Assembly: GCA_963769025.1 (NCBI GenBank)
Contig: CAVYKI010000010.1
Location: 460,585 to 524,584 of the forward strand
Source of the DNA: an uncultured Verrucomicrobiae bacterium
GTDB taxonomy: Bacteria > Verrucomicrobiota > Verrucomicrobiia > Chthoniobacterales > Chthoniobacteraceae
Reading direction: 5' to 3'
Length of the DNA stretch: 64,000 nt
Part shown: positions 40,690 to 52,266 of the stretch, piece after piece
Layout of the letters: every line of letters begins with the position of its first letter
Position numbering within the stretch: the first letter of the stretch is position 1
Made by a program: the position numbers and the translations under genes
Notes under the pieces: generated by a model
What the model was told of the DNA's origin: nothing
The model's database searches: none
What the model saw: the letters and a program-made list of their open reading frames with translations, nothing else

Positions 40690-41688
40690 ATGCCGCGGAT
40701 CGCCGTGACGATGGGCGATCCCGCGGGCGTCGGTCCCGAGCTTTGCCTGCGCCTGCTCGCCGATGCGGCGATTGCGCGCGAATGCATCCCGGTCATCTTC
40801 GGCGATGCGGCCCTGCTGCGACGCGTGGCCGAAAAACTGGGCCTGCCATTCATCGCGCCGGTGCTCGCAATGAGCGACTGGCCGTCGGCGCACCGCAGCG
40901 TGAATGCGCCGGCTGTGCTCGATCTCCGATGCGTGGACGCGAGTTCCGTGACGCCGGGAAAGGTCAGCGCAGCGTGCGGCGACGCGGCATTCCGGTATGT
41001 GATCGCGGGCATCGAGGCCGGGCTGCGCGGCGAGGTGGATGCGGTCTGCACCGGGCCGCTGAACAAGGAGGCGCTGCACGCCGCGGGGCACAGGTTCCCG
41101 GGGCACACGGAGATTTTCGCGGCGCGCATGGGAGCGGAACGCTCGTGCATGATGCAGTACTCGGAGGAAATCACGTGCAGCTTCGTGACCACGCACGTCG
41201 GCTACGCGGAAGTGCCGGCGCTGCTGACCCACGCGCGCATTCTCGACGTCATCGAGCTCACCGCCGCCGCACTGCTCCGCATCCGCGGACGCCAGCCGAG
41301 GCTGCTCGTGTGCGGGCTCAATCCGCATGCGGGCGAGGGCGGACTCTTCGGCGGGCGCGAGGAGGAGCGGATCATCGCCCCGGCGATCGGGGAGGCGCAG
41401 CGGCGCGGCTTTGACGTGACCGGCCCCGTGCCGCCGGACACCGCATTCACGCCGGCGCGCCGGAAGGAATTCGATGCGGTGATCTGCATGTATCACGACC
41501 AGGGCCACATTCCGGTGAAGATGATCGCCTTTGACTCCGCCGTGAACACCACGCTCGGCCTGCCCGTCGCGCGCACGAGCGTGGACCACGGCACCGCCTT
41601 CGACATCGCGTGGCAGGGAAAGGCGAATCCCGGCAGCCTCCGCGCCGCCGTCCGCCTCGCGGCGAAACTCGCCGGCGCCCCGCGCTGA
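40690..41688 (+). CDS. pdxA: 4-hydroxythreonine-4-phosphate dehydrogenase PdxA
   Basis: IAVTMGDPAGVGPE, TGPLNKE, PGHTE, GLNPHAGE, MYHDQG, RTSVDHGTAFDIA. Confidence 0.95.
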   Translation: MPRIAVTMGDPAGVGPELCLRLLADAAIARECIPVIFGDAALLRRVAEKLGLPFIAPVLAMSDWPSAHRSVNAPAVLDLRCVDASSVTPGKVSAACGDAAFRYVIAGIEAGLRGEVDAVCTGPLNKEALHAAGHRFPGHTEIFAARMGAERSCMMQYSEEITCSFVTTHVGYAEVPALLTHARILDVIELTAAALLRIRGRQPRLLVCGLNPHAGEGGLFGGREEERIIAPAIGEAQRRGFDVTGPVPPDTAFTPARRKEFDAVICMYHDQGHIPVKMIAFDSAVNTTLGLPVARTSVDHGTAFDIAWQGKANPGSLRAAVRLAAKLAGAPR

Positions 41689-41711
41689 TCGCAGCCGCGC
41701 GCCGCGCAGCC

Positions 41712-43286
41712 TCAGCGCTGGATTGATTTCTCGAGGAAGCGCTTCACCGATTCCTCCGCCTGCTCGGGACCCGCGGCGTCGAAGATGACGACCTCGATCG
41801 CCTGCTGTCCGGCATTCCGGATTCCTTTCTTCACGGCGTCGAGCCTGCGCTCCCTGTTGAGTTCCTCGGCGACGCTTTGCACCCCATCCGTGTCGGGCCG
41901 CTGTTCCCAGAGGCAGTAGAAGACGTGGAGCACCTGATCGCGCGCGCGGAACGTGTAGGCGCGCATGGGAAGATCGACGCCGTTGATCCGCATGGGGCGC
42001 GCGCCGAGGTCGGCGGTCATCACCGCGCCGCCGGCGGGAAGGCACACCTCGGGTCCATGCGCGCGGGCGAGCTGGACCGAGGTGCGACCCGGCGCCCAGC
42101 GGAGGAAGATCATCGCCCAGCGGAGGCCGTCCGGTCCCGTCCACGAGGCGGAACGCGCGTCGGTGTATTTCAGGATGTTCCGGGTGACCTCGCCGAGTTC
42201 CACATCACGGAAGCCCTTCTGCTCCTCCGGCCAGCGGAGTGTCCACGGGGTGACTTTCGCCATGTGCGCCTCGGCCCTGCGGTACCACACCTCGGTGCCC
42301 GCCTCGACGATGACGAGCCAGGCCACGAGCGCGATGAGGATGCCTTTTCCGGGCGGCACGCCGGGGCTGAGCAGTCCGGGATCCGGCGGTTCCTTCTCCA
42401 CCTCGTCACGCTTTGGATTCAGCAGTACGCAGAGAATGCCGACTCCCAGGAGGCTCCCGAAGAGCACCGCGAAGCCGACGTTGTCGTGCCATTTTGCGAC
42501 CTCGTCCGTGCCGGAGCGGGCGCTCACCCAGACGAGGAAAAATGCGCGGCTCGCGTTGCACACGAAGGCGACGCCGAGCGCCCCCGCGAGGAGGACGAAC
42601 CGGCGGATGATGCCGAAGCGGAGCAGTTCTCCCATGAACAGCGCGATCATCAGCGTCGTCTGGAGCGAACGTACCCCGCTGCACGCCTCCTCGACGCCGA
42701 CGCGCCCGGTGCTGATCTCGATGACGTTCCCCTTTTGAATGGCCGGCACCTCCACCCAGCTGAGCGCCTCGACGCAGATCGTCGTCACCGAACGCATCAG
42801 CCACTGGACGAGCGACTGCTCCAGGGGCACCGGCCACGGCACCGCCACGAGGAAGAATGCGACCGGAAAAAAGAAATGGCGCAGCCATGCGAAGCCGCCC
42901 GCAAAATAAACGGCGCACAGCGTGATCGCCACGCACACCCCGCCCATCGCCCAGCCGAGCAGGCGCCAGTCCGGGGCGGATTCCTGGATGAGGCGGATGG
43001 GCAGCAGCCACACCGCGAACGCGAGGACCACCAGCGCGACGGCGATGCGAGAACGCGGCGGCTGCGCGGGAGGGCGGCGTTTCCATCGCTCCGCGAAAAG
43101 GTACGCGGCGAGCAGCGGCACCGTCCAGCCATAGGTGTATTGCGGATTGATGGTCCATTCGAACCTCAACTGGCGCACGGCCAGCAGCCACACCGCGCCC
43201 AGAACGGCGCAGACAGGCCACCACGATGGTGACTTTGCCCGTCCGACCGCGTGGCCGTCTTCCGCGTCGCTTACGGCGTGCGCCAC
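41712..43286 (-). CDS. Exosortase fused to EpsI-like domain
   Basis: Multi-TM; VEEACSGVRS (Cys), NASR (Arg), WHD (His); C-terminal HGPEVCL. Confidence 0.88.
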   Translation of the reverse strand: MAHAVSDAEDGHAVGRAKSPSWWPVCAVLGAVWLLAVRQLRFEWTINPQYTYGWTVPLLAAYLFAERWKRRPPAQPPRSRIAVALVVLAFAVWLLPIRLIQESAPDWRLLGWAMGGVCVAITLCAVYFAGGFAWLRHFFFPVAFFLVAVPWPVPLEQSLVQWLMRSVTTICVEALSWVEVPAIQKGNVIEISTGRVGVEEACSGVRSLQTTLMIALFMGELLRFGIIRRFVLLAGALGVAFVCNASRAFFLVWVSARSGTDEVAKWHDNVGFAVLFGSLLGVGILCVLLNPKRDEVEKEPPDPGLLSPGVPPGKGILIALVAWLVIVEAGTEVWYRRAEAHMAKVTPWTLRWPEEQKGFRDVELGEVTRNILKYTDARSASWTGPDGLRWAMIFLRWAPGRTSVQLARAHGPEVCLPAGGAVMTADLGARPMRINGVDLPMRAYTFRARDQVLHVFYCLWEQRPDTDGVQSVAEELNRERRLDAVKKGIRNAGQQAIEVVIFDAAGPEQAEESVKRFLEKSIQR

Positions 43287-44995
43287 GATTTGACCAATTC
43301 GCGTTCCTCCGGACGCAATTCCTCCCAGCGCAGGGCGGCGACTTCCGCCCTGGCCTCATCGCTCCGGCCGTTCGCACCGAGAGCCGCCGCGTACACGGCA
43401 CGGTGTCCCTGGCCGACCCGATCCCACGGAATCGAGAGCCCCTTGTAAACCGCCAGCGCTCCGGCCCCGTCCTTCTTCCGGATCGCGGCGAGCGCGAGCG
43501 TGGTCCGGTGCGCGAGGCTCGTGGGCGAGCGGGCGACGAGTTCCTTCGCGGCAGCCATGGATTCATCCACTGCGCGGCCCATGAGCAGGTTCACGTAAGC
43601 GAGATCGTTCTTCACGGAATCATCCTGCGGCCAGCGCTCGCGCATCGTCTTCAGCGTTTCGGAAAGCATCTCCACGTCGCCGCGCTTCTGCGCGATCCGC
43701 AGCAGGGCCTCGAGCGCGGGGCGCGCAGTGGCCGCGTTCACGCTGAGCGAGCGGAACGCAGTCTCGGCCTGATCGAGCTGGCCGATTTTTTCCGCGTAGT
43801 TCCCGATGAATGCCATCTGCTCGGACGATGGCCCCGCGGCGATGCGCGCACGGCGCCAGTGCATGTCCGCGACGGTCGCGCTTCCCAGCTCCAGCGCCGA
43901 TCGCGCGAGGAAGAGTTCCTTGTACGCGGCATCGAGCGGCACATTCTTCATCCCGAGCACGCGCTCGATTTCATTCCATCGCCTGAGCCCCGCGAGGGAA
44001 TCCAGGCACAGGAGGAGCAGGTCCTTGCGCTTGAAGGCCTCGTCCACCGGGACGACGGCCAGCATCCGCTCGTATTCCCCGTGGGCATTCAGCCATACGC
44101 CGAGGGCGCGGCGGGCGGCGGCGCCGGCCTTTTCATACTGCCGGACCGTCGCGTCGAGAATCGTGGCGCGTTCCGCCGGGCGGAGGGCGAGTTCGATATT
44201 GAGCGCGAGAAGCCGGTGTTCGTCGGTGGCGAGCGAATTCTCGCGGATCAGCAGGAGGACCTTTTCCGCGACGTCCGCCGGGAGGGCGGGGAGTGCGGCC
44301 AGCCGCCTGAGCGCCTCGATGCCTTCGCGCGTGTCCGCCGCGCCGAGTTCGAGCATGGTCCGGACGGCCTCGTCCCGGAGCTGCGCCGTGCCGGCGGAAA
44401 GTTGCAGCAGCGCCAGCAGGAGGCGCGCTTCCTGGTTGTCCTTGTCGAGGCGCACCGCATCGCCCGCAAATTTGCGCGCCCTTTCGCCGTCGCCATCACT
44501 CGCGGCCCATCGCGCGGCGAGCCGGTGCAACGCGCCGTCGGCCGGGTTTTCCTTCAGCAATGCCTCGATCTGGATCCCCGCCTCGGCCACCGCTCCCGAC
44601 ATGAGGAGATCCTCCGCATACGACCGGCGATCCGCCGGGCGCATCGCGCCCGACTCCACGAGCTGCTTCCAGAGCGGGACCGCGGCGGAAGGCTGCCCGG
44701 CCATCCCCTGCACCCGCGCGGCGATGCGGATCGCCGCGGGTTCATCCGGCTTGGTCTGATACGCGGTCCGCGCCTTGATCAAAGCCTCCTCGATGTTGCC
44801 GCCGAGGATCTGGGATTCCGCCTTGGACGCCATGCGCCGCGCACGCAACCCCTGCACCCAATCGTGGAGCGTGCGAAATTCGAGCGCGGCAACGCCCAGA
44901 CCCATCACGGCAAATCCCACCACCGCCAGCCAGTTCCGGCGGCGCTTGCGCGCTTCCTGAAGTTCAGGAGCGAGGACCGTTACAAGGGGATGCAC
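43271..44995 (-). CDS. Membrane-anchored TPR-like helical repeat protein
   Basis: N-terminal TM, Ala/Leu-rich helical repeats, NDLAY motif. Confidence 0.75.
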   Translation of the reverse strand: MHPLVTVLAPELQEARKRRRNWLAVVGFAVMGLGVAALEFRTLHDWVQGLRARRMASKAESQILGGNIEEALIKARTAYQTKPDEPAAIRIAARVQGMAGQPSAAVPLWKQLVESGAMRPADRRSYAEDLLMSGAVAEAGIQIEALLKENPADGALHRLAARWAASDGDGERARKFAGDAVRLDKDNQEARLLLALLQLSAGTAQLRDEAVRTMLELGAADTREGIEALRRLAALPALPADVAEKVLLLIRENSLATDEHRLLALNIELALRPAERATILDATVRQYEKAGAAARRALGVWLNAHGEYERMLAVVPVDEAFKRKDLLLLCLDSLAGLRRWNEIERVLGMKNVPLDAAYKELFLARSALELGSATVADMHWRRARIAAGPSSEQMAFIGNYAEKIGQLDQAETAFRSLSVNAATARPALEALLRIAQKRGDVEMLSETLKTMRERWPQDDSVKNDLAYVNLLMGRAVDESMAAAKELVARSPTSLAHRTTLALAAIRKKDGAGALAVYKGLSIPWDRVGQGHRAVYAAALGANGRSDEARAEVAALRWEELRPEERELVKSWRTP

Positions 44996-45123
44996 GTCGA
45001 TGAATTCGTTGAAATATTATCTGAATGCAGGCGTTGTGCCAATGATCGTTTGCATCATCTGGGTGTCCGCCGGCGCGGTCCTTCGGGCGCGTCGCTTCAA
45101 ATCCCGTGCCGCGGTCCAGGATT

Positions 45124-45540
45124 TTATCTGCCGGCACGCCGCAGCACCCAGACCAGCCACGCCGCGAAAATCCCGCTCCATCCCGTGCAGACGTCCTGCA
45201 AGTCCGGGACGCGGCCCGGGATGAAGCGCTGCACCAGCTCGATGACGCACACGAAGAGCATCAGCGCGGCGACCCGCGCGAGCGGGGGTTCCAGGGTCCG
45301 CAGCACCACGGCCGGCAACGACTTTCCCTCCCTGTTCCGGACTCCCGGCAGCAGGAGCGCCACCGTGGCGATCAGGAAAAACGCGGCGATGTTTTGAAAA
45401 TCATCGTGTTCATTCACCCACGCGCGGAAGGACGCCGGCACGAAATTGTGGATGCCGCCATGGCGGTTCGGCCTCAGCGCCATCGCCATCGCGGCGATGA
45501 TGCCGATGACGAAGATCGCCTTCAGCATCGCCGCCTTCAT
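45124..45540 (-). CDS. VanZ-like membrane protein
   Basis: NIAAF, IELVQRFIPGRVPDLQDV. Confidence 0.7.
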   Translation of the reverse strand: MKAAMLKAIFVIGIIAAMAMALRPNRHGGIHNFVPASFRAWVNEHDDFQNIAAFFLIATVALLLPGVRNREGKSLPAVVLRTLEPPLARVAALMLFVCVIELVQRFIPGRVPDLQDVCTGWSGIFAAWLVWVLRRAGR

Positions 45541-46419
45541 CTCAGCCGTCGGCCCGCCCGCTCCGCGTCCCGCTTCATCTCGTACGTCTTCGCGACGCTC
45601 AGGAATTCGTAGAAGCCGTGCAGCCGCGCAAAGTAGTAGCCTTCCCTCCCGTCGAGAAAACCGCGCTGCCAGACGTAAACGTAGAGGAAGCGCAGCAGGC
45701 CGCGGAACGGCAGCGCCTGCGACCACTGCTTCAGTTTCCGCCGCGCACCCACGCCGCCCTTTTGCAATTGCCCGCTGCTGCCCTGCAGATGCCGGTCCAG
45801 CGCCACGCGCGCCTCCCAGTTCGAGTAGCGGTTGTGCTTTTCCACGAAGACCGCGACGGACGGGAACGCGTAGTGATCCATCTCGGCATCGCAGCCGCCC
45901 GGTCGTCCCCTGCACCACGACGTGCTCGTGCACCTCGTTGTCCCCGCTCTGCGTGTCGGCGTCGGTGAGCTTTTCGTAGCGCCCGAGCCGGTGCTTGAAG
46001 AGGCGCAGGTTCCAGTTCGGGTAGTAGGCGTGCCGCAGCCATTTTCCCATGAACATGAACCGCCGGTTGATCCAGTAGCCGGCGACGGGATGGCTCGCGT
46101 CGGTGACGATGGCGCGAAACTCCGCCTCGGCTTCCGGCGGGAGCACCTCGTCCGCATCGAGGATGAAAACCCACTCGTGCCGGAACGGAACATTCTCCAG
46201 CGCCCAGTTCTTCTTCTTCGGCCACGTCCCGTTGAATTCAAACTGCACCACCGTCGCCCCGTGGTCCGCCGCGATCTTCTGCGACCCATCCGTGCTCGCG
46301 GAATCCACGACCACGACCTCCTCCGCCCACCGCACCGACGCCAGGCAGCGCGCGAGATTCGCCGCCTCGTTCTTGATCGGGATGAGGATCGAGACCGGGA
46401 CTGTTGCGTGCGCGCTCAT
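45537..46419 (-). CDS. GT2 glycosyltransferase; frameshift near 45890
   Basis: [43 protein letters not shown]. Confidence 0.88.
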
Positions 46420-46997
46420 GGGGCCTGCGCGCCGCGCATCCGGACCTGTGTCGCGGGATTTCCGGCGACAATCGCTGAAGGCGCGACGTCCTTCGTCACC
46501 AACGCACACGCGCCCACGACCGCGCGCGCCCCGACCGTGACGCCCGGCAGGATGAACGCGCGGGCACCGATGAAGGCGTCCTCGCCGATCGTGATCTTCG
46601 CCACCTGCAGCGGAAGCGCCGGGACTGAAAAGTCGTGGGTTCCGGCGCAGAGGTAGGCTTCCTGCGCGACGATCGCGCGCGCGCCGATCTCGATCTCGCC
46701 GAGGCTGTACAGATTCGCCCGATCGCCCAGCGTGGCGCGGTCGTGCAGCGTCACGTTCCACGGGATCTGGATGCGTGCGCGCTGATGCACGAACGGCATC
46801 CCGTGAATCCGCGCCCCGAAAATCCGCAGCCAGAAAAGCCGCCAGCGATTGCACGGCTTGGGCGTCCATCGGCAGCAAATCACCCAGCAATACTCCCAAA
46901 CCAGCATCGCCATCCTCTGCCGGACGGACCACGGGGAATGATACGGCGACTTCTGGTCGAACGTCCGCGCGCCCTGCTGTTTCTGTTCTTCGGCCAT
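46416..46997 (-). CDS. WcaF-like hexapeptide-repeat O-acetyltransferase
   Basis: [29 protein letters not shown]. Confidence 0.88.
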   Translation of the reverse strand: MAEEQKQQGARTFDQKSPYHSPWSVRQRMAMLVWEYCWVICCRWTPKPCNRWRLFWLRIFGARIHGMPFVHQRARIQIPWNVTLHDRATLGDRANLYSLGEIEIGARAIVAQEAYLCAGTHDFSVPALPLQVAKITIGEDAFIGARAFILPGVTVGARAVVGACALVTKDVAPSAIVAGNPATQVRMRGAQAP

Positions 46998-47047
46998 CGG
47001 TGAAAGGATACGGAGTCGTCAGTCTGCGGAACAGCCCGATTGCATTT

Positions 47048-48153
47048 TCAAAGCGAACGCAGCGCTGCGGCCACGCGAGTCACCTCCTCATCGGTGATCT
47101 CCGGAAACATCGGGAGCGACAGGATGCGCGGCGCGAGCGCCTCGGTGACGGGGAAGTCGCCCTGCCTGTGGCCGAGTTCGCGGTATGCCTCCTGCAAATG
47201 CACCGGGATCGGATAGTGGATGCCGTGCGAGACGTTCGCCGCATCGAGCGCCTTTTGCAGGTCGTCGCGGTCGTCGGTCTGCACGACGTAAAGGTGCCAC
47301 ACGGGATTCGCATGCGGCGCGACCTTCGGGATGCCGAGCTTCGTGCCCGCGAGGAGTTCGCCATAGCGCGCGGCGGCGGCGCGGCGTTGGTCGTTCCACT
47401 TCGCGAGATGCGGGAGTTTCACGCGGAGAACCGCCGCCTGGACGGTGTCGAGGCGCGAGTTGTAGCCCTTCATCGTGTGGACGTATTTCACCTTCTGCGC
47501 CGTAGTTGCGGAGCAGCGAGATTTCTCCGCGAGCCCCGCATCACGGGTCACGACTGCGCCGCCGTCGCCGTAAGCGCCGAGATTCTTGCCGGGGTAAAAG
47601 CTGAAGCAGCCGATGTCCCCATCGTGCCGCACGCAGCCGGCCCTTGTAGGTCGCGCCGTGGCCCTGCGCGGTGTCCTCGACGACGGCGAGCTTGCGATCC
47701 TTTGCGATCTGCAAAATCGGATCCATGTCGGCGGGATGGCCGTAGAGATGCACGGGCATGATCGCCTTCGTGCGCGGCGTGAGCGCGCGCTCGATGGCCT
47801 TCACGTCGATCGAATAATGGTCCGGCTCGCAGTCCACGAAGACCGGCTTCGCGCCCGTGCTCGAGATCGCCAGCGCGCTCGCGATGTAGGTGTGCGTGGG
47901 GACGATCACCTCGTCACCCGGCCCGACGCCGAGCGCGAGCAACGCGAGATGCAGCGCATCGCGTGCCGTCCGCCACGCCGATGCAGTGCGGGGCCTCGTT
48001 GAATACGGCGAACTCCTTCTCAAACTCGCGCACATCCTCGCCGAGGATGAAATCGCCACGCCCAACGGCTCGAAGGATCGCCGCATCCATCTCCGGCTGG
48101 AGATCGTGGTATTGGCGGAGGAGGTCAACGAACTGGACCTTGTTAGGATGCAT
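47048..48153 (-). CDS. DegT/DnrJ/EryC1/StrS aminotransferase (WbpE-like); frameshifted
   Basis: GPGDEVIVP, MPVHLYG, SFYPGKNLGAYGDGG, GYNSRLD, LSLPMFP. Confidence 0.9.
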
Positions 48154-48207
48154 GGAGATGTTGAAAGAAAAAGTGGCCTAGCGCCGTCCGCGTGTGGTGA
48201 CGGGAAT

Positions 48208-48797
48208 TCACCGGCTCCCGGAAACCAAGCGCCAGCGCGAACCTGTATCGGGACATAGAGCGAATCCCTGTGCGTCAAAAGACAGCCGCGCGCCGGTTTC
48301 GGAAACCCAGCCCTTGACCTCTGCTGGTACCCCGACTGCGAGCCCGTAAGCAGGCACGTCGCGCGTAACGACAGCGCCCGCCGCAATCATTGCGTATTTG
48401 CCGATAGTTACGCCACAAATAATCGTGGCATTCGCTCCTATGCTCGCGCCATCCTTGACCATCGTGGGAACAAGCCATTTTGTGACTGGTAACGCTTCGC
48501 GGCGACAGATGCCCTAGGGGAACGAGGCATTAGGTCGTTCGTAAAGACGACGCCCGGCCCAACAAACACGTCATTTTGCAAATGGACGCCGTGCCAGATC
48601 ATCGCACCGTTTTTCACTGTGACCCGATGGCCGATGACGGCGCCACCCTCGATAAATGCGTGATCCCCGACATTGCAGTCCCGACCGATAATAGCCCCCT
48701 TCAAGACGTGCGCATAAGCCCAGATCCGCGTCCCGGCCCCAATGCTGGTCGTCTCGACAATTGCGGCTGCATGAGCATGGAAGCGTGGCGTTCTCAT
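48208..48797 (-). CDS. Sugar N-acetyltransferase (WbpD/FdtC-like); frameshift near 48465
   Basis: IGAGTRIW, VFVGPGVVFTND, GASIGANATIICG, AVGVPA. Confidence 0.88.
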
Positions 48798-49835
48798 TTA
48801 CAACTGAGGGATTGGGCAGGAGCCATCCGGAGACAGCCTTCGATTTGGGCCAAAACCCGCACGACGCCGGTCGCAAAGGCGCCGTCCGACAGCGGAGTTG
48901 AACCGTCACGCACTGCTTGAATGAAAGCGGCGTCCTGCGCCTTCAGCGGCTCGCCTGCCTGCACCTTGGGCAGATGCACGTCGCCATCGAGCATCGAGAG
49001 GCGGAGGAACTGGCCGTAGTCGGTGGCTTCGACATTGGTTTCCACGGCCTTCTCGTAAATCGCGACGGGATTCGACAGCGCGAGGTCGTCCCAGGTGATG
49101 ATCTTCTTGCTGCCGACGAGCGTGAGCTGGCGGACTTTCTTCGGGTCGAGCCACGAGCACTGGATCGAGGCGAGCACGTTGCCGGGGTATCGGAGTGAGA
49201 TGTTCACCACGTCCTCGATGCCCGGCTGGAGAAATGCCGCGCCCATCGCCTGCACCTCGACGGGCTCGGAGCCGAGCAGCCAGTTGAAAATCGAGATGTC
49301 GTGCGATGCGAGAATCCCAAGCGGCGTTCACGTCGCTGCGCACGGGGCCGAGATTCGTCCGCACGGCGGAGAGCGAGCGCACGTCACCGACCTCGCCCTT
49401 TTCCACGAGTTCCTTCACCTTGAGGATGCCGGGATTGAACAGGAAAATGTGGCCGACCATGAGCACGAGACCCTTGCTTTTTGCCAGCGCGACGAGTTGG
49501 TCGCCCTCGGCGGTGTCGATGCACAGCGGCTTCTCGCAGAGGACGTGCTTGCCCGCATTCAGCGCATCGGAGACGACCTCGAAGTGGGACCGCGTGGGCG
49601 TCACGACCACGACTGCATCCACGCCGCCCTCTCGCAGCAGCGAAGTGTGATCCGCAAAGCCGCGGACGTGCGGGAACATCTCGCAGACGGACGCGAGGCG
49701 CTTCGCATTCGCATCCGCGATGGCGGTCACGGTGCAGTCCTTCATCTGCGAAAAGGTGCGGATGTGGTTCGGCCCCCAATGGCCGCAGCCGATCACGCCA
49801 ATGCGCAGGTGGGGGGGATCAGCCGGTGAAACCAT
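48794..49835 (-). CDS. Gfo/Idh/MocA oxidoreductase (WbpB-like); frameshift near 49310
   Basis: GVIGCGHWGPN, HVLCEKP, VGHIFLFNP, SWLDPKKVR. Confidence 0.88.
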
Positions 49836-51049
49836 AATTTTCCAGATTGCGAACGAGGTTGGCGATGTCCACCTGAAAATCCTGATCCGTGCCGCGCCCG
49901 ACGAGAAGTTCGTCATCGGGGCTCGACAATATGCAGTGGTATTCGAGCCCCGCCGGGTCGGCGACGCTCCAATGGAATGGATCGAAATTCCGAGCCGAGA
50001 AGATCTCCATCACCTTGGTGCCCTGCCGGCAATAGACGTAGTTGGCAAATCCCGCGCCGCTCGTGCCGACGATGTGTGTCGCGCCGCGGAAAAGCGCCCG
50101 CTGCTCCTGCAGCGAATGCATACCGGGATCCACGGGCGTGTAACCAAATCCGCGCATGCACCCGACGACGTCGTCCTCGTTCAGGGCGCGGCGGCGCGCA
50201 CCGGGCTTGCGCGAGATGAGCAGCCTTTTCGGCGTGGCGGGATCCGGTTCGTAGCGCGCGAGGCCGGCGAGGTTACTCGCACATCCACGGGAAGATGTCG
50301 TAGTTTGTCGCCTTGCGGCTCGGCACGACGAGCGTGCCGGCCTGAATGTGATCGGCGTCGGTGATGCGGATGATTTTCTCGCCGGCGATGCCCGCGTCGC
50401 GCAGCAGCTCGGTCTGCCACGCGGAGGCGTTGCTGTTCACGAGATAGGCGTCCACTTTCTCCGGCGTGAAGCCGGCCAGTTCCAGCACGCGCAGGCGCGG
50501 CATGAGGTCGTGCGTCCAGTGCCAGTAGTTTGCAAAAGCCTCGGGCGTGCAGATGTCCGCGACGGTGCCCGCGATGCGCCGCACGCGCGGGAGGCGCAGG
50601 CGCGTGAACACGGCGTTGCGCTCGATGCCCCAGAAGTCGCGCGAGAGATCGGCGATGACCTCGTCCGTCGGGGTGATCACGACACCCGCATAGTGGCCCC
50701 ACACGCGCGCATCGCGCAGCACTGAGACGGTGAAGGGCGGCACGTCGCGCTCGATGAACGGCACGAAGTTCGCGGCGAGCGCGGGGTCGGGGCATTTCGG
50801 CGGGCGGTGCGTGAGGCGCGCTGCGGGAATTGCGGTGATGAGGCGGCTGCCGGAACCCGCCGGCTGTTTTGCGAGCCATTCCGCGGTGTTCGCCACCCAG
50901 CCTTTCGGCGGGCCGAAGACCGCGGAGCTGCGGCTCAGTTTGGAAATTTGCCTCAACGCTGCGATGCGCAGTGAACGGGACACGCCTTCCAAGCGGCGCA
51001 TCCACCGCAGACGCAGCTTCAGGTTTCGCTTGAGCGTTCCGAGATCCAT
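49819..51049 (-). CDS. GT61/DUF563 glycosyltransferase; frameshifted
   Basis: NYWHWTHDLMPRL; SLQEQRALFRGATHIVGTSGAGFAN. Confidence 0.82.
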
Positions 51050-51071
51050 GAAGGGTTCAGTTTTCGCACGC

Positions 51072-52208
51072 TCAGAATGCGCCGGATCTCAGCAGCGTGT
51101 GGAAATCGTCGAGGTAAATGCCGGCGATCCGATCGATCGAGAATCGCTGTGCGGTGGCGGTTGCGCTCTCCCCCGCCCTTCCGAGCCGCGCGGGATCCTG
51201 GATCAATTCCCGGATTTTCGCCGCGAGCACTTCCGCAGGCTGCGGCGCGCGATGATCGAAGACGAAACCGTTCGCCCCGTCCCCGACAAAGTCGCGGAAG
51301 CACGCGAGGTCGGACACCAGCGCGGGACATCCGTGCGACATGGCTTCGAGCGGCGCGACGCCGAAGGTTTCCCCGCGTTCAGCGAGCGACGGATAAACGA
51401 AAAGGGATGCCATCTGGTAGAAACGCGCGAGCTGGCCGGAATCGAAGACGGGGCCGGTGAACTCGACGCGTTCGGCGACAGGCTGTGCGATTCGCTTCAA
51501 CTCTTCAAGGTAGCTCTTCCCTCCACCGCCCGCGTTCGCCTCCCATGGCCCGACGATGACGAGCTTCCACTCCGGAGGGATCGTGCCCGCGAGCAACCCC
51601 ATCGCCTCGACGAGCAGGTGGATGCCCTTTTCCGGATGCACCCGGCCCGCGTAGAGCAACACCTTCCCGCGCGAGGACACATCCGTCGGAGCGCCGGGAG
51701 GCGGGGCGTCCGGAAGCGGATATGGAATGCAACGCACGGCGGCGGCCCGATCCGGGACTTCCTCGATGATGGCGGACTGGATCGGCCCGGACACCGTCTG
51801 CAGGCGTGCGGCGTGGCGGTAGAATCGCATCTGCCCGCGCGGATAGCGCGCGACGTGGACGTAGAGCTTTCCGGGGCGCTGCGAGCGGATGAGCGCCGGC
51901 AGCCAGAAGGTATTCGTGACGACGATGTCCGCCGGCGGCAGCAGCAGGCGCACACGCAGCGAGTAGAGAAGGTCCAGCAACTTCAGGAAGAGCAGCCGTC
52001 GCGGAGCGTCGAAGCCTCCCGCGCGAATGTGACGGACCCCGCCGATGACCTCCGTCCGCGGCAGCCCGCCGAAGCTCCGCGAGATGTGCGTCACCTCATG
52101 GCCGCGGCGCGCGAATTCCTTGCCGAGTGCAAACCAGATCTTCTCCACCGCCCCGCCACGCAGGGGCGGAACCGGCAGGAACGCGCCCTGGACAATGGTG
52201 ATTCTCAT
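51072..52208 (-). CDS. GT4 glycosyltransferase
   Basis: PPLRGGAVE, YAGRVHPEKG, ETFGVAPLEAM. Confidence 0.9.
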   Translation of the reverse strand: MRITIVQGAFLPVPPLRGGAVEKIWFALGKEFARRGHEVTHISRSFGGLPRTEVIGGVRHIRAGGFDAPRRLLFLKLLDLLYSLRVRLLLPPADIVVTNTFWLPALIRSQRPGKLYVHVARYPRGQMRFYRHAARLQTVSGPIQSAIIEEVPDRAAAVRCIPYPLPDAPPPGAPTDVSSRGKVLLYAGRVHPEKGIHLLVEAMGLLAGTIPPEWKLVIVGPWEANAGGGGKSYLEELKRIAQPVAERVEFTGPVFDSGQLARFYQMASLFVYPSLAERGETFGVAPLEAMSHGCPALVSDLACFRDFVGDGANGFVFDHRAPQPAEVLAAKIRELIQDPARLGRAGESATATAQRFSIDRIAGIYLDDFHTLLRSGAF

Positions 52209-52266
52209 CGCGCGCACACGAACACAGTTGCCGCCCGCAATGCAATTTCGCATTCAAGCTGCACCC

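Noticed and set aside
38908..41688. 926-aa PdxA fusion
   Set aside because: Upstream part is an off-frame overlap of the HDAC and phosphoesterase genes; PdxA starts near 40690
45000..45224. Small plus-strand hydrophobic ORF
   Set aside because: Overlaps the VanZ-like gene on the opposite strand with no supporting motif
45124..46932. 602-aa GT2-VanZ fusion
   Set aside because: Produced by a frameshift near 45890; separate coupled genes explain it
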